Shown one piece after another: positions 33,686 to 45,600 of a DNA stretch of 56,861 nt. The position numbers were made by a program, and so were the translations under genes. The stretch's first letter is position 1, and each line of letters starts with the position of its first letter. Under the pieces are notes generated by a model. That model had not been told where the DNA came from. It saw only the letters and a program-made list of their open reading frames with translations, and ran no database searches. The DNA comes from Patescibacteria group bacterium UBA3466 (GTDB lineage Bacteria > Patescibacteriota > Minisyncoccia > Phycocordibacterales > UBA918), in assembly GCA_002378195.1 (NCBI GenBank), contig DFRJ01000002.1, positions 270,816 through 327,676 on the forward strand, given 5' to 3'.

Positions 33686-35008
33686 CTAACTCTTATAACT
33701 TACATCAACTCCTTGAGCGATCACCTTTTCAAAATATCTGGTCAGATCGTCTGCTTCTTTTTCACTGAGGGCCAAACCGCCAGACCTAATACCCTTCATC
33801 AATCGCTCATTCATCTCTTCATCCCCTGTTACTCCTGTCACTCGATCGGCTATAAGTTCGGTCATATTTTCGTTCTGCTCTTTAGAGAGTTTGATACGAT
33901 AGACCTGCAACAAGTGTTCTTTTAAGCGTTCTGCCAGCTTGTGTTGACTAAAGAAAATACCGCTATTGTCTTTTCGGGCACGGTACCGACGAATATCATC
34001 AGCATTCTTGATCATTTTCTCCGACACACTAGCTATTCTTCTAGCTTCCTTTTCTGGAATTTCCACCCCTCCTCTTTCGTAGGATAGTACCAAAGCCTTA
34101 ATAAAAGCTTTTCGATCCACCTTCCCTTGTATGAATAATGACGTGGCCTTTTCTAGTCGAATTAGTTGATCAAAAGTATAATCTTGCGTTAGATAATTAA
34201 CCAAACTCTTTACCCGCAGGGTCTCAATTGAATCATACGGGAATAAACGAGCTAATTGTTCCAACTCAGTTACAATCGTCTCCCCTTCTTTTACTGGCTT
34301 AATCTGCTTACGTTGTGGATTTACAACCTCACGCACAATCAATCCATCCTTTAGGTAATATACTCGGTGGGCATAACTTAGGTGAGCCGCGTTGTGTGAC
34401 ACCATAATAATCGTCCGTCGGTCGAAGGTGTTGATCTCGTCAATCTTATCCATCACTTGCTGGGTCGATACTGAGTCTAGGTTACCGGTTGGCTCATCAG
34501 CCAGCAGAATCTTTGGGTCATTGACCATCGAGCGTGATACTGATACACGCTGCTGCTGCCCTCCTGAGAGCATCGCTGGAATCTTGTGTGACACATGCCC
34601 CACCCCAAAGCGATCAAGCAATGATTGGGCTCGACGATTTCTGGTTGCCTTATCGCGATCACAGAAAATCATCGGCAGTGCAACGTTATCCAGCACCGAA
34701 AGAGACATGATCAGATTGAACTGTTGGAAGATAATACCCATGACATGCCGTTGAAAGTAGACACGCTCGGCTGGTGGGTACGAGTAAACATCATCTCCCT
34801 TTACCAACAAAGTACCCTCTCCTGGTGGCAAAGAGCCTTGAATGGCATACATTAAGGTTGATTTACCACACCCAGACGGACCAAAAAGAATAATATACTC
34901 ACCTTCAAAGATGTCGGTATTCACGCCAGAGAGCGCTTTAAATTCGTTAGATTTACCTTGGTTATAGATAATAGATAAATCCCGACACACAATGAGTGGT
35001 TTTGCCAT
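33686..35008 (-). CDS. ABC transporter ATP-binding protein (MacB/LolD-like) with ~210-aa C-terminal helical extension
   Basis: 440 aa. It has Walker [10 protein letters not shown], signature [14 protein letters not shown], Walker [13 protein letters not shown] and H-loop MVSHN. Residues ~226-440 are charged and helical with no family I recognise. There is a 2-nt gap to the permease gene. Confidence 0.9.
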   Translation of the reverse strand: MAKPLIVCRDLSIIYNQGKSNEFKALSGVNTDIFEGEYIILFGPSGCGKSTLMYAIQGSLPPGEGTLLVKGDDVYSYPPAERVYFQRHVMGIIFQQFNLIMSLSVLDNVALPMIFCDRDKATRNRRAQSLLDRFGVGHVSHKIPAMLSGGQQQRVSVSRSMVNDPKILLADEPTGNLDSVSTQQVMDKIDEINTFDRRTIIMVSHNAAHLSYAHRVYYLKDGLIVREVVNPQRKQIKPVKEGETIVTELEQLARLFPYDSIETLRVKSLVNYLTQDYTFDQLIRLEKATSLFIQGKVDRKAFIKALVLSYERGGVEIPEKEARRIASVSEKMIKNADDIRRYRARKDNSGIFFSQHKLAERLKEHLLQVYRIKLSKEQNENMTELIADRVTGVTGDEEMNERLMKGIRSGGLALSEKEADDLTRYFEKVIAQGVDVSYKS

Positions 35009-35057
35009 ACCGTTATTATCGCATTATGATTGTCTGTTTTTTGTAATCATCCACAGA

Positions 35058-36635
35058 CTAGGCGCCAATATTTTTAACCCAACCAAAGGTGCTTTCAAAG
35101 TTTTCAATAATCAAGTCAATGATGTTCTTTTCTTGAATCGGTGTAAACAGTACAAAGTTATCTGACTGTATTTGGTTGCCCGCCTCATCGGTACAGGTCA
35201 AATAAAACTGGTACACAGTAGCGGGCGCAAAGTCGACCACTACTTCAACATGTTTGTTGATGTATTCGACCTGCTCTTTTTCAATAGTGAATGGATCAGT
35301 ACCGCCGGCTACACCTTCCTGGTATGTCATCTGACAAAATGCGGCTTCATCGGTATCCCACTCAATAATAGTCTGAATTCTGGATTCGCTGCCTGGGAAT
35401 AAGGTAGATTCGTTGGTTACGTTAGTAATTATCGGCGGAGCAATATCTCGTACCGTAATGAACTGAATAGGCTGACTCCTGACTCGGTCGCCACCTGAGT
35501 TTTCCGCTGTTACAAAGGCTACATAACGGGTTCCTAGGGTAAGATCGGCCAAGCGCATTTGGTGAGTAGTAGCCAAGGTTGGGCGACCCACTGAGTTTTG
35601 TGCTCCAGTTGTTTGGTCTTGATACTCGACCAAAGCCTTAGCTGGAATATTGGTGTCCCATGCCAGCGTAGCAGCGTTTTCTTCCACCTTCACAACTCGC
35701 AAGTTTCTAATCTGAGGTGCAGTAGCCTTGGTGGTAAAGGTAAAGTTTCTACTTTCTCCAGTAATACCAAAGGTGTCTGTCGAAAGAACCTTAAAACTAT
35801 ACTCCGTAAAGGCATTAAGTCCGATTAGCTGGATTTCGTGTTCGGTAACATTTCCGTTAGTCGATTGTTGCGAAAATTCATAATTTAAACCGTCGAATTG
35901 ACTAGTTGGTGAGAACAACACTTCAGAAGACGCTTCACGGTCTGTTGTCCAGCGTATGATCGCAGTATTAGTTTCTGGTATCACAGTCGGCGGCCCAACG
36001 ATAGTTAGATCCTCTGTAATCCCCTCAATCGCCTTAACTGTTTCATTCACAATTTCCTTCAAGGTCTCAGGGTTATTTATCTGATTAATTTGCTCAATAA
36101 TCCGCAATGTGGCCTCGGAATCAACGGTGAACTGGTCAGTGGTTATTTGTGACTCTGGATCAGGGTTTGACCCATCACCAGCTCCGGCTCCATCTGAAGA
36201 TGTTTGCGCTTGTCCGTCGCCAGTACCAAGTCCGTCGCCTTGCTGGGCTGAACCAGTGGTCTGCACCCGATAGTCGGCCGAGATGCCCTGGTTGCCATTT
36301 TCATCGGCTGACACAACCCTAAAATAGTACACCCTACCCGGCTCTAAATCTTCCAGTGTAATAGAGTGACTAGTTCTTTCAGCTACCGGGATACGCACAA
36401 TACCGTAATCTGGTTGCAAACCGTAGTTGATTAGTGAGTCCGCGTCTTCGTCTGTGGTCCAAGTAACCGTCACACTACTGTCTGTCACTTCTGAAATAGA
36501 TACGTTAGAAATCTCGGGCGCTTCCTGATCCTCCGCTGTCACATAAAAAGGCGAAGCACTCAGCAACACTACCAAAAAACCTGAAAGGATCTTCCCTAAT
36601 CTCATCAACCTAATCTTATCATGCAGTTGCATCAT
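35058..36635 (-). CDS. secreted protein with four FN3-like domains
   Basis: 525 aa with a signal peptide. PEISNVSISEVTDSSVTVTWTTDEDADSLINYG...YYFRVVSADENGN is followed by three further W(T/D)T-type FN3 repeats. It starts 20 nt after the giant ORF stop. Confidence 0.85.
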   Translation of the reverse strand: MMQLHDKIRLMRLGKILSGFLVVLLSASPFYVTAEDQEAPEISNVSISEVTDSSVTVTWTTDEDADSLINYGLQPDYGIVRIPVAERTSHSITLEDLEPGRVYYFRVVSADENGNQGISADYRVQTTGSAQQGDGLGTGDGQAQTSSDGAGAGDGSNPDPESQITTDQFTVDSEATLRIIEQINQINNPETLKEIVNETVKAIEGITEDLTIVGPPTVIPETNTAIIRWTTDREASSEVLFSPTSQFDGLNYEFSQQSTNGNVTEHEIQLIGLNAFTEYSFKVLSTDTFGITGESRNFTFTTKATAPQIRNLRVVKVEENAATLAWDTNIPAKALVEYQDQTTGAQNSVGRPTLATTHQMRLADLTLGTRYVAFVTAENSGGDRVRSQPIQFITVRDIAPPIITNVTNESTLFPGSESRIQTIIEWDTDEAAFCQMTYQEGVAGGTDPFTIEKEQVEYINKHVEVVVDFAPATVYQFYLTCTDEAGNQIQSDNFVLFTPIQEKNIIDLIIENFESTFGWVKNIGA

Positions 36636-36655
36636 ACTAATTCAATTCTATACAG

Positions 36656-39600
36656 CTAATCATCCGAGATTGCTGTAAAGCTATTTACTCCGCTGTGCGG
36701 GTTACTGGCGGTACCAAACGGCACTTCAATTCCCCAATAAATCTGATCGGTCACCAGTGGTGAACTTACGGTTGGCTTATTCAGGTCAACCTCTACATCC
36801 GTACCAATCAAGGTCAGCGCTGAACAGGTAGTACAAACAGCGTAATCAAAGGTTGAGGTGGCGAAGATTTGCTGTGAAGCCGGAATAACAGAAGCGGCAC
36901 CGTCGGTCATGTCTGTTCCGGAGATTTCTACATCGATTGACTCGTTACCGTAGTTTTCTAGTAATGTTTGCGGATTGGTAGCACCAGTGTTTTGATTAAC
37001 ATCAACGGTACCGTAACCAATGGCGTTTTGGACATTCAAGGCACGAAGCGTTAGCAATTCTTGACCAACGGTACTCTCAGCATCAGTACCACCAGACAAG
37101 TCTTCCACTTCCATAAAGGCAAACCATTCTTCACCACCATCGTCATCTGTCGGATCAGCATGGAATTGGAAGTCAGCAGAACACTGTAGGGTACATGAAG
37201 TTGAGCCACAGTTTGTCAAACTACAAGCAGTACCAGTTGCTACATAACAATTGTTGTCGTCTGGAGTACATAGTGCTCCAGCTGAAGTAGTGTAGAAAGT
37301 GGTGGTGGCGTTTCCGATATCAGCCACACCATTAAAGTCAGTCACTGTTGTTGAAGCGATGACAGTTGTAGTTGCTCCAGGCACCAGCGTAATATCTAAG
37401 CCATCGTTTAGAGTCGGAGTATCGAGCACAGGATCAAAGGCTAGAGTTAGTTCAGGCAGTAGCGCGTATGAGTCTAACTCATCTCCACCGTCGGTCACAC
37501 GGAAACAGTATGCATCATTTACCGCGTTAACAGTTAGATTGATGGCGTACTCTAGTTCTGTGTACTGATTTTGTTCAACATCAAGGTTGCCAGTTTGGTT
37601 GCTGGTATTTGCGACCACCTCACCCGCTACAAATTGTCCAGCATCAGTTACCAGATGATCGGTAGTTGGATCACCGTCGGTAGTACTAGCTGAAGTTGTC
37701 ATACAGAGCGCCGATGAACCACAAGAAGCTGCAACTGGTACCTGCACAAACGAACCACCTGACACGGCTTCGCAACTAGGCGCTGTTAGCTTTGGTGCGA
37801 ACTCTAATCGGAAGTTCTGATTTTCAATATCTAAGCCAGTATTCTCAATACCAACTCGCAATCGTGCCGTTTCGCCAAAGTTAAAGCCGCCGGTTGCCGT
37901 GTCTTGCTCCGCCGCCCATGAAGCTCCGCCGTCTACTTGTTCGGCACCGAAGTATGTAGTCGGCTTGCTGTCAGTTCTAGGCCATGACACATAACTATCC
38001 CAACCACCGTTTTGGAACCAGAATGTAAAGCCGATTCCTCCAGAAGTATAAGTGGTGTCATTTGCGGTGGTTGTGGCCTGTAGAGACCCGGTGCTATCAA
38101 ACACTGACACATCTATATCACCCGAGGTTTGCCAATCGACCTCAACTTCGTACCAACCAGTACTCAAGGTAATGTCTGCAGTGGCTAGCTGAGTACCAGT
38201 AGTATCGACATTCTCAACATCTTCAACAATCGCCACCCGATCTCTTAGTGGTGACAAACAAACTGCATAGTTGTCGTTGTATGTCACACCAGCTGGTGGA
38301 TTTGGACCAGTATTTTGTACACCAAACATGGTACAAACCTCATCTCCAGAACCGGCACCCATGTCGACATACTGCATGAAACGGATTATTTCACCTTGCG
38401 CTACTGTAGTATCGAAACGTGCAATACCGTCAGTTGCTTTAGCACTTTCATTACCGGCAGCATCCAAACCATAACCGCCGCCAAAGGCATAGGTGCCGGC
38501 TGTATTAAACAAACCAGTGTCGCCTTCATACTCAGTGATATTGTTGTCTTCAAAATCTTCAGACATATTGAATACATCGCTAGGATCGCCAATATCTGAC
38601 GCCGAGGTGTTGTCGTAATACATATACAGCTCAGTCACTGCGTCTGCGGCCAAGGTTGGCACCTTCACCCACACCGTGGCATCATTACCGGTAGTAAATC
38701 TCTCAATCCAGTATGAAATGGTAGTGGTCCCACTACTGTCAGTGAAACGCAGATCATCAAAGTCAGTCTGCATATCAGCGTCATAATCCACCTCCAACTT
38801 AACAGCCACATCGTTGTAGGTTGACGCATCAACATTAATCACTCTAACTCGTTTACGAGCACCCCAATCAGTGTCGTACCAAGTTAGTGGTGCAGCCCCT
38901 TCCCCTCCATCATCGTTTCGCCAGCGGTAGTTGGTTTGTTCAGTCAGAAGACATGCACTGTCATCCCAACGAACAGAACTACAGTCATCGGTGCCGTCAA
39001 CATCAAATGCTTCACCCCACAGATCACCGATCGCTCCAGTAAAGCTCCAACTGTTGGTTGTGGTGGCATTTAGAGAAACGTTTACTCCACCACTGAATCC
39101 GCCAGCATCGAATCTCGTATCATTGATTACAAACGAAGCATTTGCGTTGATGGTTGTGTCGGTCAGAGTAATGGCGATCGAATTATCTTGAGCCAACTCG
39201 AAGTCACCGTTATCCAGAGAAGTCACATCAATGTTGCCAGTCATTTGCAGTCCGTCAGTATCGAGGTTTCTGAATGAATAGTTGTCAGCATTAATAGTTC
39301 CGCTGGTAGCAAGGAAACTGTAACGACCAGACCCTTGATTAGTCACGGTTGTAGTTCCGTTGGTTGCTCCGATCATATTTAGCACACCGCCATCTACTGA
39401 CACAATTGAACTACTGGCAATGGCCACATTTACATCTCGCGGAGAACCAAGAGCAGTTCCGTCAAAGTCTGTTGCACGGCTCCAATACTCAGTGGTAGTA
39501 GCAATGTGGTAGTCACCAAAGATGTACAGATCGCCATCCACTCCACCATGATCTTGTGAGTAGAATGACGAGGTAATTGGCACCACCGTACTAGTCGCAC

Positions 39601-42600
39601 TAGTGTTCCAAGCACTAATGTCTGAATTGTCACCCAAGGTCAGAATGTTGTAACGCTCGTCTGGAGTGGTCTTAAGATTAATCTCGTACTCATTCGCACC
39701 GTCAAGTACTACGTTTGATCCTTGCCATTCGGTATTAGCTCCATTGAAAGTATTTATGAAAGCTCCCCCAACATACAGGACAGTACCACTACTCATAGTA
39801 AACGAATTACCGGTACTCAAGGTAAAGTTGCTGGTAGTTGTGGCGTCACCCAGGATAGTCCAGCCACCGCCAGCGCCAGCAATCTGTACGCTATAGAAAT
39901 CATTGTTACCTGGGTCAATAAACTCACCAGTATCATCAGAGTTGAACAGTACGGTTCCAGAATTATTCACAAAAGTTCCAGCCGTAGCGTCAAACGAACC
40001 ACCAATAGACAAAGTTCCTGTACCAACCGTCAGTGTTCCTGACTCAACAAACAAGTCACCCAACAGTGCCGCGGAAGCATCAGTTAAAGTATAATCTCCC
40101 GCCCCAGCTTGAATACGGAGGCCGTAGAGATCGCTACCATTTAAGGTAATTGTGTTACCACCACCACTGCCGGAGACAATAATGTCACCACCGGCTTGAG
40201 TCACAGTATCGTTCACAATAAAGTCTTCGCCAATAGCAAAATCTCCAGACGGTAGAGTGACTGTACCAGTCGCCACAATAAATGAATCTGTTGCAGTGGC
40301 ATTCACATCATTGAATGTCCATGAACCACTGTCTATAAACTCGACTCGGTGCGCGTCTGACCCACCAAACTCAACTGTGTTGCCGCCAGCAGTTGAACTA
40401 AAGATCAGGGCACCAGTATTAGCATCGAAGGTTCCGCCAGTATTATCAAATGAGCCACCGACGGTAGTAGTTGCTGACAGTGTAACGCCACCGCTAGTAA
40501 TAGCGAAGTCATTACCGATTGTTGAAACGACATCCGACATTGTCCAATCACCGGCGCCGTTAAATGTCACGTCGTAGAATCCGCCTTCGTTTGTATCCAC
40601 GGTCCTGCCCGCAACAGCCGAAGTAAAGATGAATTCTGAATCGCCTGAAGTGAACACTGCGTCAGTACCCGAGATTAGACTACCGCCAACCGTGTGAACC
40701 TCTCCTGCGTTGCCAGTGAAAATCGCATCATCTCGTAGTTCTAAGGTACCGTCGTAAGCAGAACCACCGCCACCGCCAGGTACGGTAATATTACCGTTTG
40801 GTTCAAATTCTTTAGTATCCCAGACAATCAGCTTGGTATCAGACGGCAGTACCAGCGTGTCTGTAGCGCCTACTTCGACATCAAACAAGACATCAGCATC
40901 ATCGTCGCTATCCCAAGTACCCATATCCGCGATTGTCATTGGCGCACCACTTTCATGCTTAACAATTACACGGTTTTCGTACAGATCAAATCCAGAAATT
41001 GAAGAAATTGGATCTTGTGTAACTGTGACAGCTTTTTCTGGTTCGTTGTCGATGTAGACAGTTAACGTATTACCAAGACCATAGCTAATACCAGTAAATT
41101 GGTAGAAGCCAGTTCCTCCACCAAGACCGTCACCATTACAGGTAGTGGTAGCAAAAGTAGAACCGTTGATACTCAAGAAAACATTACCGGTTGTACTATC
41201 ACAAGCTGCTGAAGTAGAAATTCCTTCATCACTATATACATTTCCGGAGATATTAATGATAGCAGCCGAATCTTGCCAGGTCAGGTAACCAGGATCTCCA
41301 CCCGGATCTACGTCTTTCGCTTCGCCGTCGAGGTTACCAAACACATTCACAAATCGCCAAGCGCTAGCGCTGGTACCGGTAGCAGTAACGTTAAAGGCAT
41401 TGATTGCCGTAGTGGTGGCAAAGCGCATGAAGTTATACTCTTGCGCTGGATTTACATCAATTACTGTCCCCCCGACAGTCATGGCTGAACCACCTGCAAT
41501 CGCTACCTCAAAGTCACCATTTGATAAGTCATTAACTGTCGGTTCGCCACTTAGGATCAGACCTTCAATCGTCGTATCTCGTATTTCATAACGACCCATA
41601 TCCAGATCGGTATCGCCACTGATTTCGAGACTGTAAGTACCGCCGCCATTCACACCAATTGTAGTAGTTGCGGAAGATGAACCAATCACACTCAAACTTC
41701 CTCCTAAGTACCGTACTGAACCTCCGGTCTCGACCAAAACATTTGCCACTCTTGGTACACCCAATGCAGTACCGTCAAAATCTTCTTCATAACTCCAGTG
41801 ATCGTCGTATGAATCACTCACTAGATCACCGAAGATATACAGATCACCCTCTACTCCCGAATGATTCATTGAGTACAAAGAACTGTTTCCGTTTGTAGTC
41901 ACTGAGGTTGAAGTTGAATTCCAGACCCGTGGATGCGTGCCGTCGGCTGTGACAATATTGTTGTAAGTATCACTAACTGACTTACCGTTTATATTAAAGG
42001 CGGTGCCGCTAAACAGACTCAAGGTGGTGCCAGTCCAATCAGTGTCAACATCATCTTCTGTATTGGAGAAGGTGCCACCAACGGCCAAAGTCAAGCCAGG
42101 GTCAAGAACAAATGAACCGGTATTAATAACCATGTTGGCTGTCGCAGTAGCGTTTTCTGTGAAATTGTAATCAGCTGCCCCAAGAACATCTAGCGTAGCA
42201 AAAGATGAGCTACCAGCAGCAATAGTTAGGCTGCCAGCAGCTGCTGACAATTCAACTGTTCCACCATTGGCATTGAAGTTTCCATCATTATCCCAATTAC
42301 CATTAGCAGTGAATGTCTGAATGTCACTAGCATCAACGGTACCAAACCCTCCGATGTAAACATCCCCATTTACACCCACCACCGGATCGTTTGAGTTCAC
42401 GTCCAGCGTTGAAGTACCAATTGCACCGACAATCAAGTCATTCAGTACCTGTAAGCCAGTCACGGGCGCTGTAGCCGCTACGTCGCCACCTCCATCAGTA
42501 TCGATTACTAGATTGTAGTACGGCGTCTGTGTCACATTTGGAGTAGCTCCACTGTAACGCACAGTACTGGTACCCTCTACAAAAGTTCCACTCTCTGCAA

Positions 42601-45600
42601 AGACAGCTCCATTACCCTGCAGATCCCAGACAGAGCCATATGCGTCCAGGAAGTGCGCGGTTGAAATAGTCAGTACATTTCTGATGGTAGTAGTGCCGTT
42701 GGTAGCCGGCACAGTGATACCAGCCACCCCGCCGCTACCAAGTGTCAGGTTGTTAAATGTCCAGTCTTGATTACCGCCAAAGGTATTTGATTCATTGATG
42801 GTTACTGTTCCACCGGTCATATCTACTAGTCCGTCGCCAGTTAGCGATCCGGCTTGAACAGTAATATCAGATATACCTGACACAGTGCCGGTTGATACCA
42901 AGATATCCGTCTGAGACACTATCGGAGTTTGTACCGCCCAATCTCCACCTACTCCGGTGAACTCAAGATCGTAGAAAGTAATGGTAGAGCTGCCAGCGGC
43001 GCCTATCTGCTGCGCTGTATTAGTGGCTGTGAACTCCACGGTACTTGAGGCGCCAGCAAACACTCCGCCGCTCTCTACATACATTGAACCGCCAACAGTC
43101 AGATCAACGGTCGTAGTGGCAGTAAAGGTGGCATCAGAACCAATAGTCATTGAGCCGTCAGCTAGATCGTTACCGCCACCAAGCATGGTAACTTCCCCAT
43201 TTGGCGCAAATTCCATATCATTCCAAACATACAAACCTGAACCGGCCAGCACATCTAAAGTGTCTGGTGATGAGGAAGTAGAGACAGTAAAGCGCAGATC
43301 TGTATCGTCACTACTGTCGAAGGTAATGTCAGCGATTGAAAGCGGGGTTGAATCCTCGTGCCGCACAATCACGCGGTTTCTATAAAGATCCATATCTGTC
43401 AGCTCAGTCGCCACTGAAATCGGTGTTGGCCGTAGTGCAAACTGAATAGTATGCACTTCTTGAGTACCAACTGCGCTCAAATCTGCATCTCCACTCGCAC
43501 CAGCAGTTGCTAATACTTGAGTTGAAACGTTTAATGATCGACCGTTCTGCGATCCGCCCCATAAATCTTCTACTAATGTCACCCAAGGACTAGCTGGTGT
43601 ATCTACCGCAGTATCAGCCACTACATACCAAGCAGCAAACACTCGTGCGTTATCGGTCTCGGTTGTAATACTTGAAGCCGTTGCGTCTGGATTAGCATTG
43701 AAGAGTTTGGTCCAACTAACCGGACTAACGTCCATAACATTAGAGGTATCAACATTAGAGTATGAGCCGATCCAGTATGAATATTGCTCTGTACCAGACG
43801 TATCGTCATTGGTAAATGAATAACTAGCCGGCTCACTAGCAGCGTCGGTAATAATCTTGTACCACACGCCACTATACATGTCGTTTTGTGTAGCATTACC
43901 AATCTCCGCCACCAAGTTCCAGCCGGCCGGAGCAGTAATAGTTGGTTCGTCCTCGCGTCCAATTACAGCGATCATCACATCACCATCTTGAGTCGCTGGA
44001 GCTGTTACTGAGATACTACCAAGAGCCACTACATCACCGGCCCCTGACGCATCGCCGGTGAGAGTTATGTCATTAAATTGCTGCACTTCAGAAGCACCAA
44101 TTGGTGTTTGAGTAACAGCTGAAGCAAAAGCGGTGCCGCTAGCAGTTGCCGCCACTGCCGGATTCAATGCGAAGGTTCCTACATGAGGATCTCGACCACC
44201 AGCCACGTCTGTCATTTCAACCGTATCAGTTGTGGTGGCAGTAGCAAATTTCTTTGAAATAACTGTGAAGCTGTTATTGTCAGCAGTCACTGACTCGCGG
44301 AATCGATAATCCCAATCGGTGGTATCAGGCGTAGTCACTGCCGCATCATTATCGACGTACCACGCTGACAGCACGTAAGTTCCTGGCACGGTTGTGGTTA
44401 CCGGTGTAGTACTTGGTGTTGTGTCGTCGACCAACTGAGTCCAACCGTTTGAAACATCAATTGGAGTAGTCGTATCAACATTTACAAATGAACCGATCCA
44501 ATAGTGATAATGCTCCCCTCCATCAGCCGAAGTAAACGAGTAGGAAGTTGGTTCCGTAGCAGCGTCAGGTACTACTCGGTACCAGATTCCAGTAAATAGA
44601 TCATCATCCGCTGCCACCCCAAGAGTACTGATAGCAGTCCAGCCAGCTGGCGGACTGACGGCTGGATCATCGTCCTTGGCCACCATTGCAATCAAGACGC
44701 TGTCATCAATCACACTAGGTCGAGTGACAGAGAAAGGAGAACCAACACCACTACCAGTAGCTTCGTCCATAAGTTCTACCTGCACTGTTCCATCGGTCGC
44801 CTCAGAATTTAGATAGGTTACGATCTTTGGATCACCGGTGTAATTTACCCCCGATACTGTATATGAACCATCCAGCGGATTACACGGCGCTGTAAAGGTG
44901 CCGGACCCCACCACCTGGACGGTCACATTCTGCGTGACTCCGTTACAAATTGGTGCCGTTTCAGGAGTAACCCCGTCATCAGCGTAGACCACACCAGAAA
45001 TACTAATGGCGTAGTTACTGTCATCCCACTGAATCGCACCTGGGTCACCGTCGTCGTTGTCGTACGATTCACCGTACCGATCGCCGCCACCGCCGGTAAA
45101 GAGCCAGAAACCGTTAGGTGTACCGCTAGCTGTAACGTTGAATTGATCACCAGCGATGCTATTGAAATAGAAGTCGCTGTAGTTACCTGATGGCTGCACC
45201 TCAACTGTACTCTTATCAACGGTCATAGCTGAAGTGCCGCTAGCGATATCAAATGATCCGTCACTGAATGTTCCAACCGTGACACCGTTCAAAAGTTCAA
45301 AACCATTTACCCCAGTACCAGTCACATCAAAGTATTGGGCGGACAGATTTGAACTGCTGGCAATCAATTGATAAGTACCTGCCGTCAGAACATCTACGGT
45401 TGTCGAAGCGCTGCTATCACCAAAGATCTCAAAGTCGGTTTCGATTGTCACTACCGAGCCACTAGCAATTCTCACATCAACCTGTCGCGGGCTTCCAGAA
45501 ATATCGGTGCCATCAAAGTCAGTATTGTAACTCCAGTACTCCGCATTATTACTTTGAGTGTAGTTTCCGAAGATTCTCAACTCTCCGTTGGTTAGCCCGT

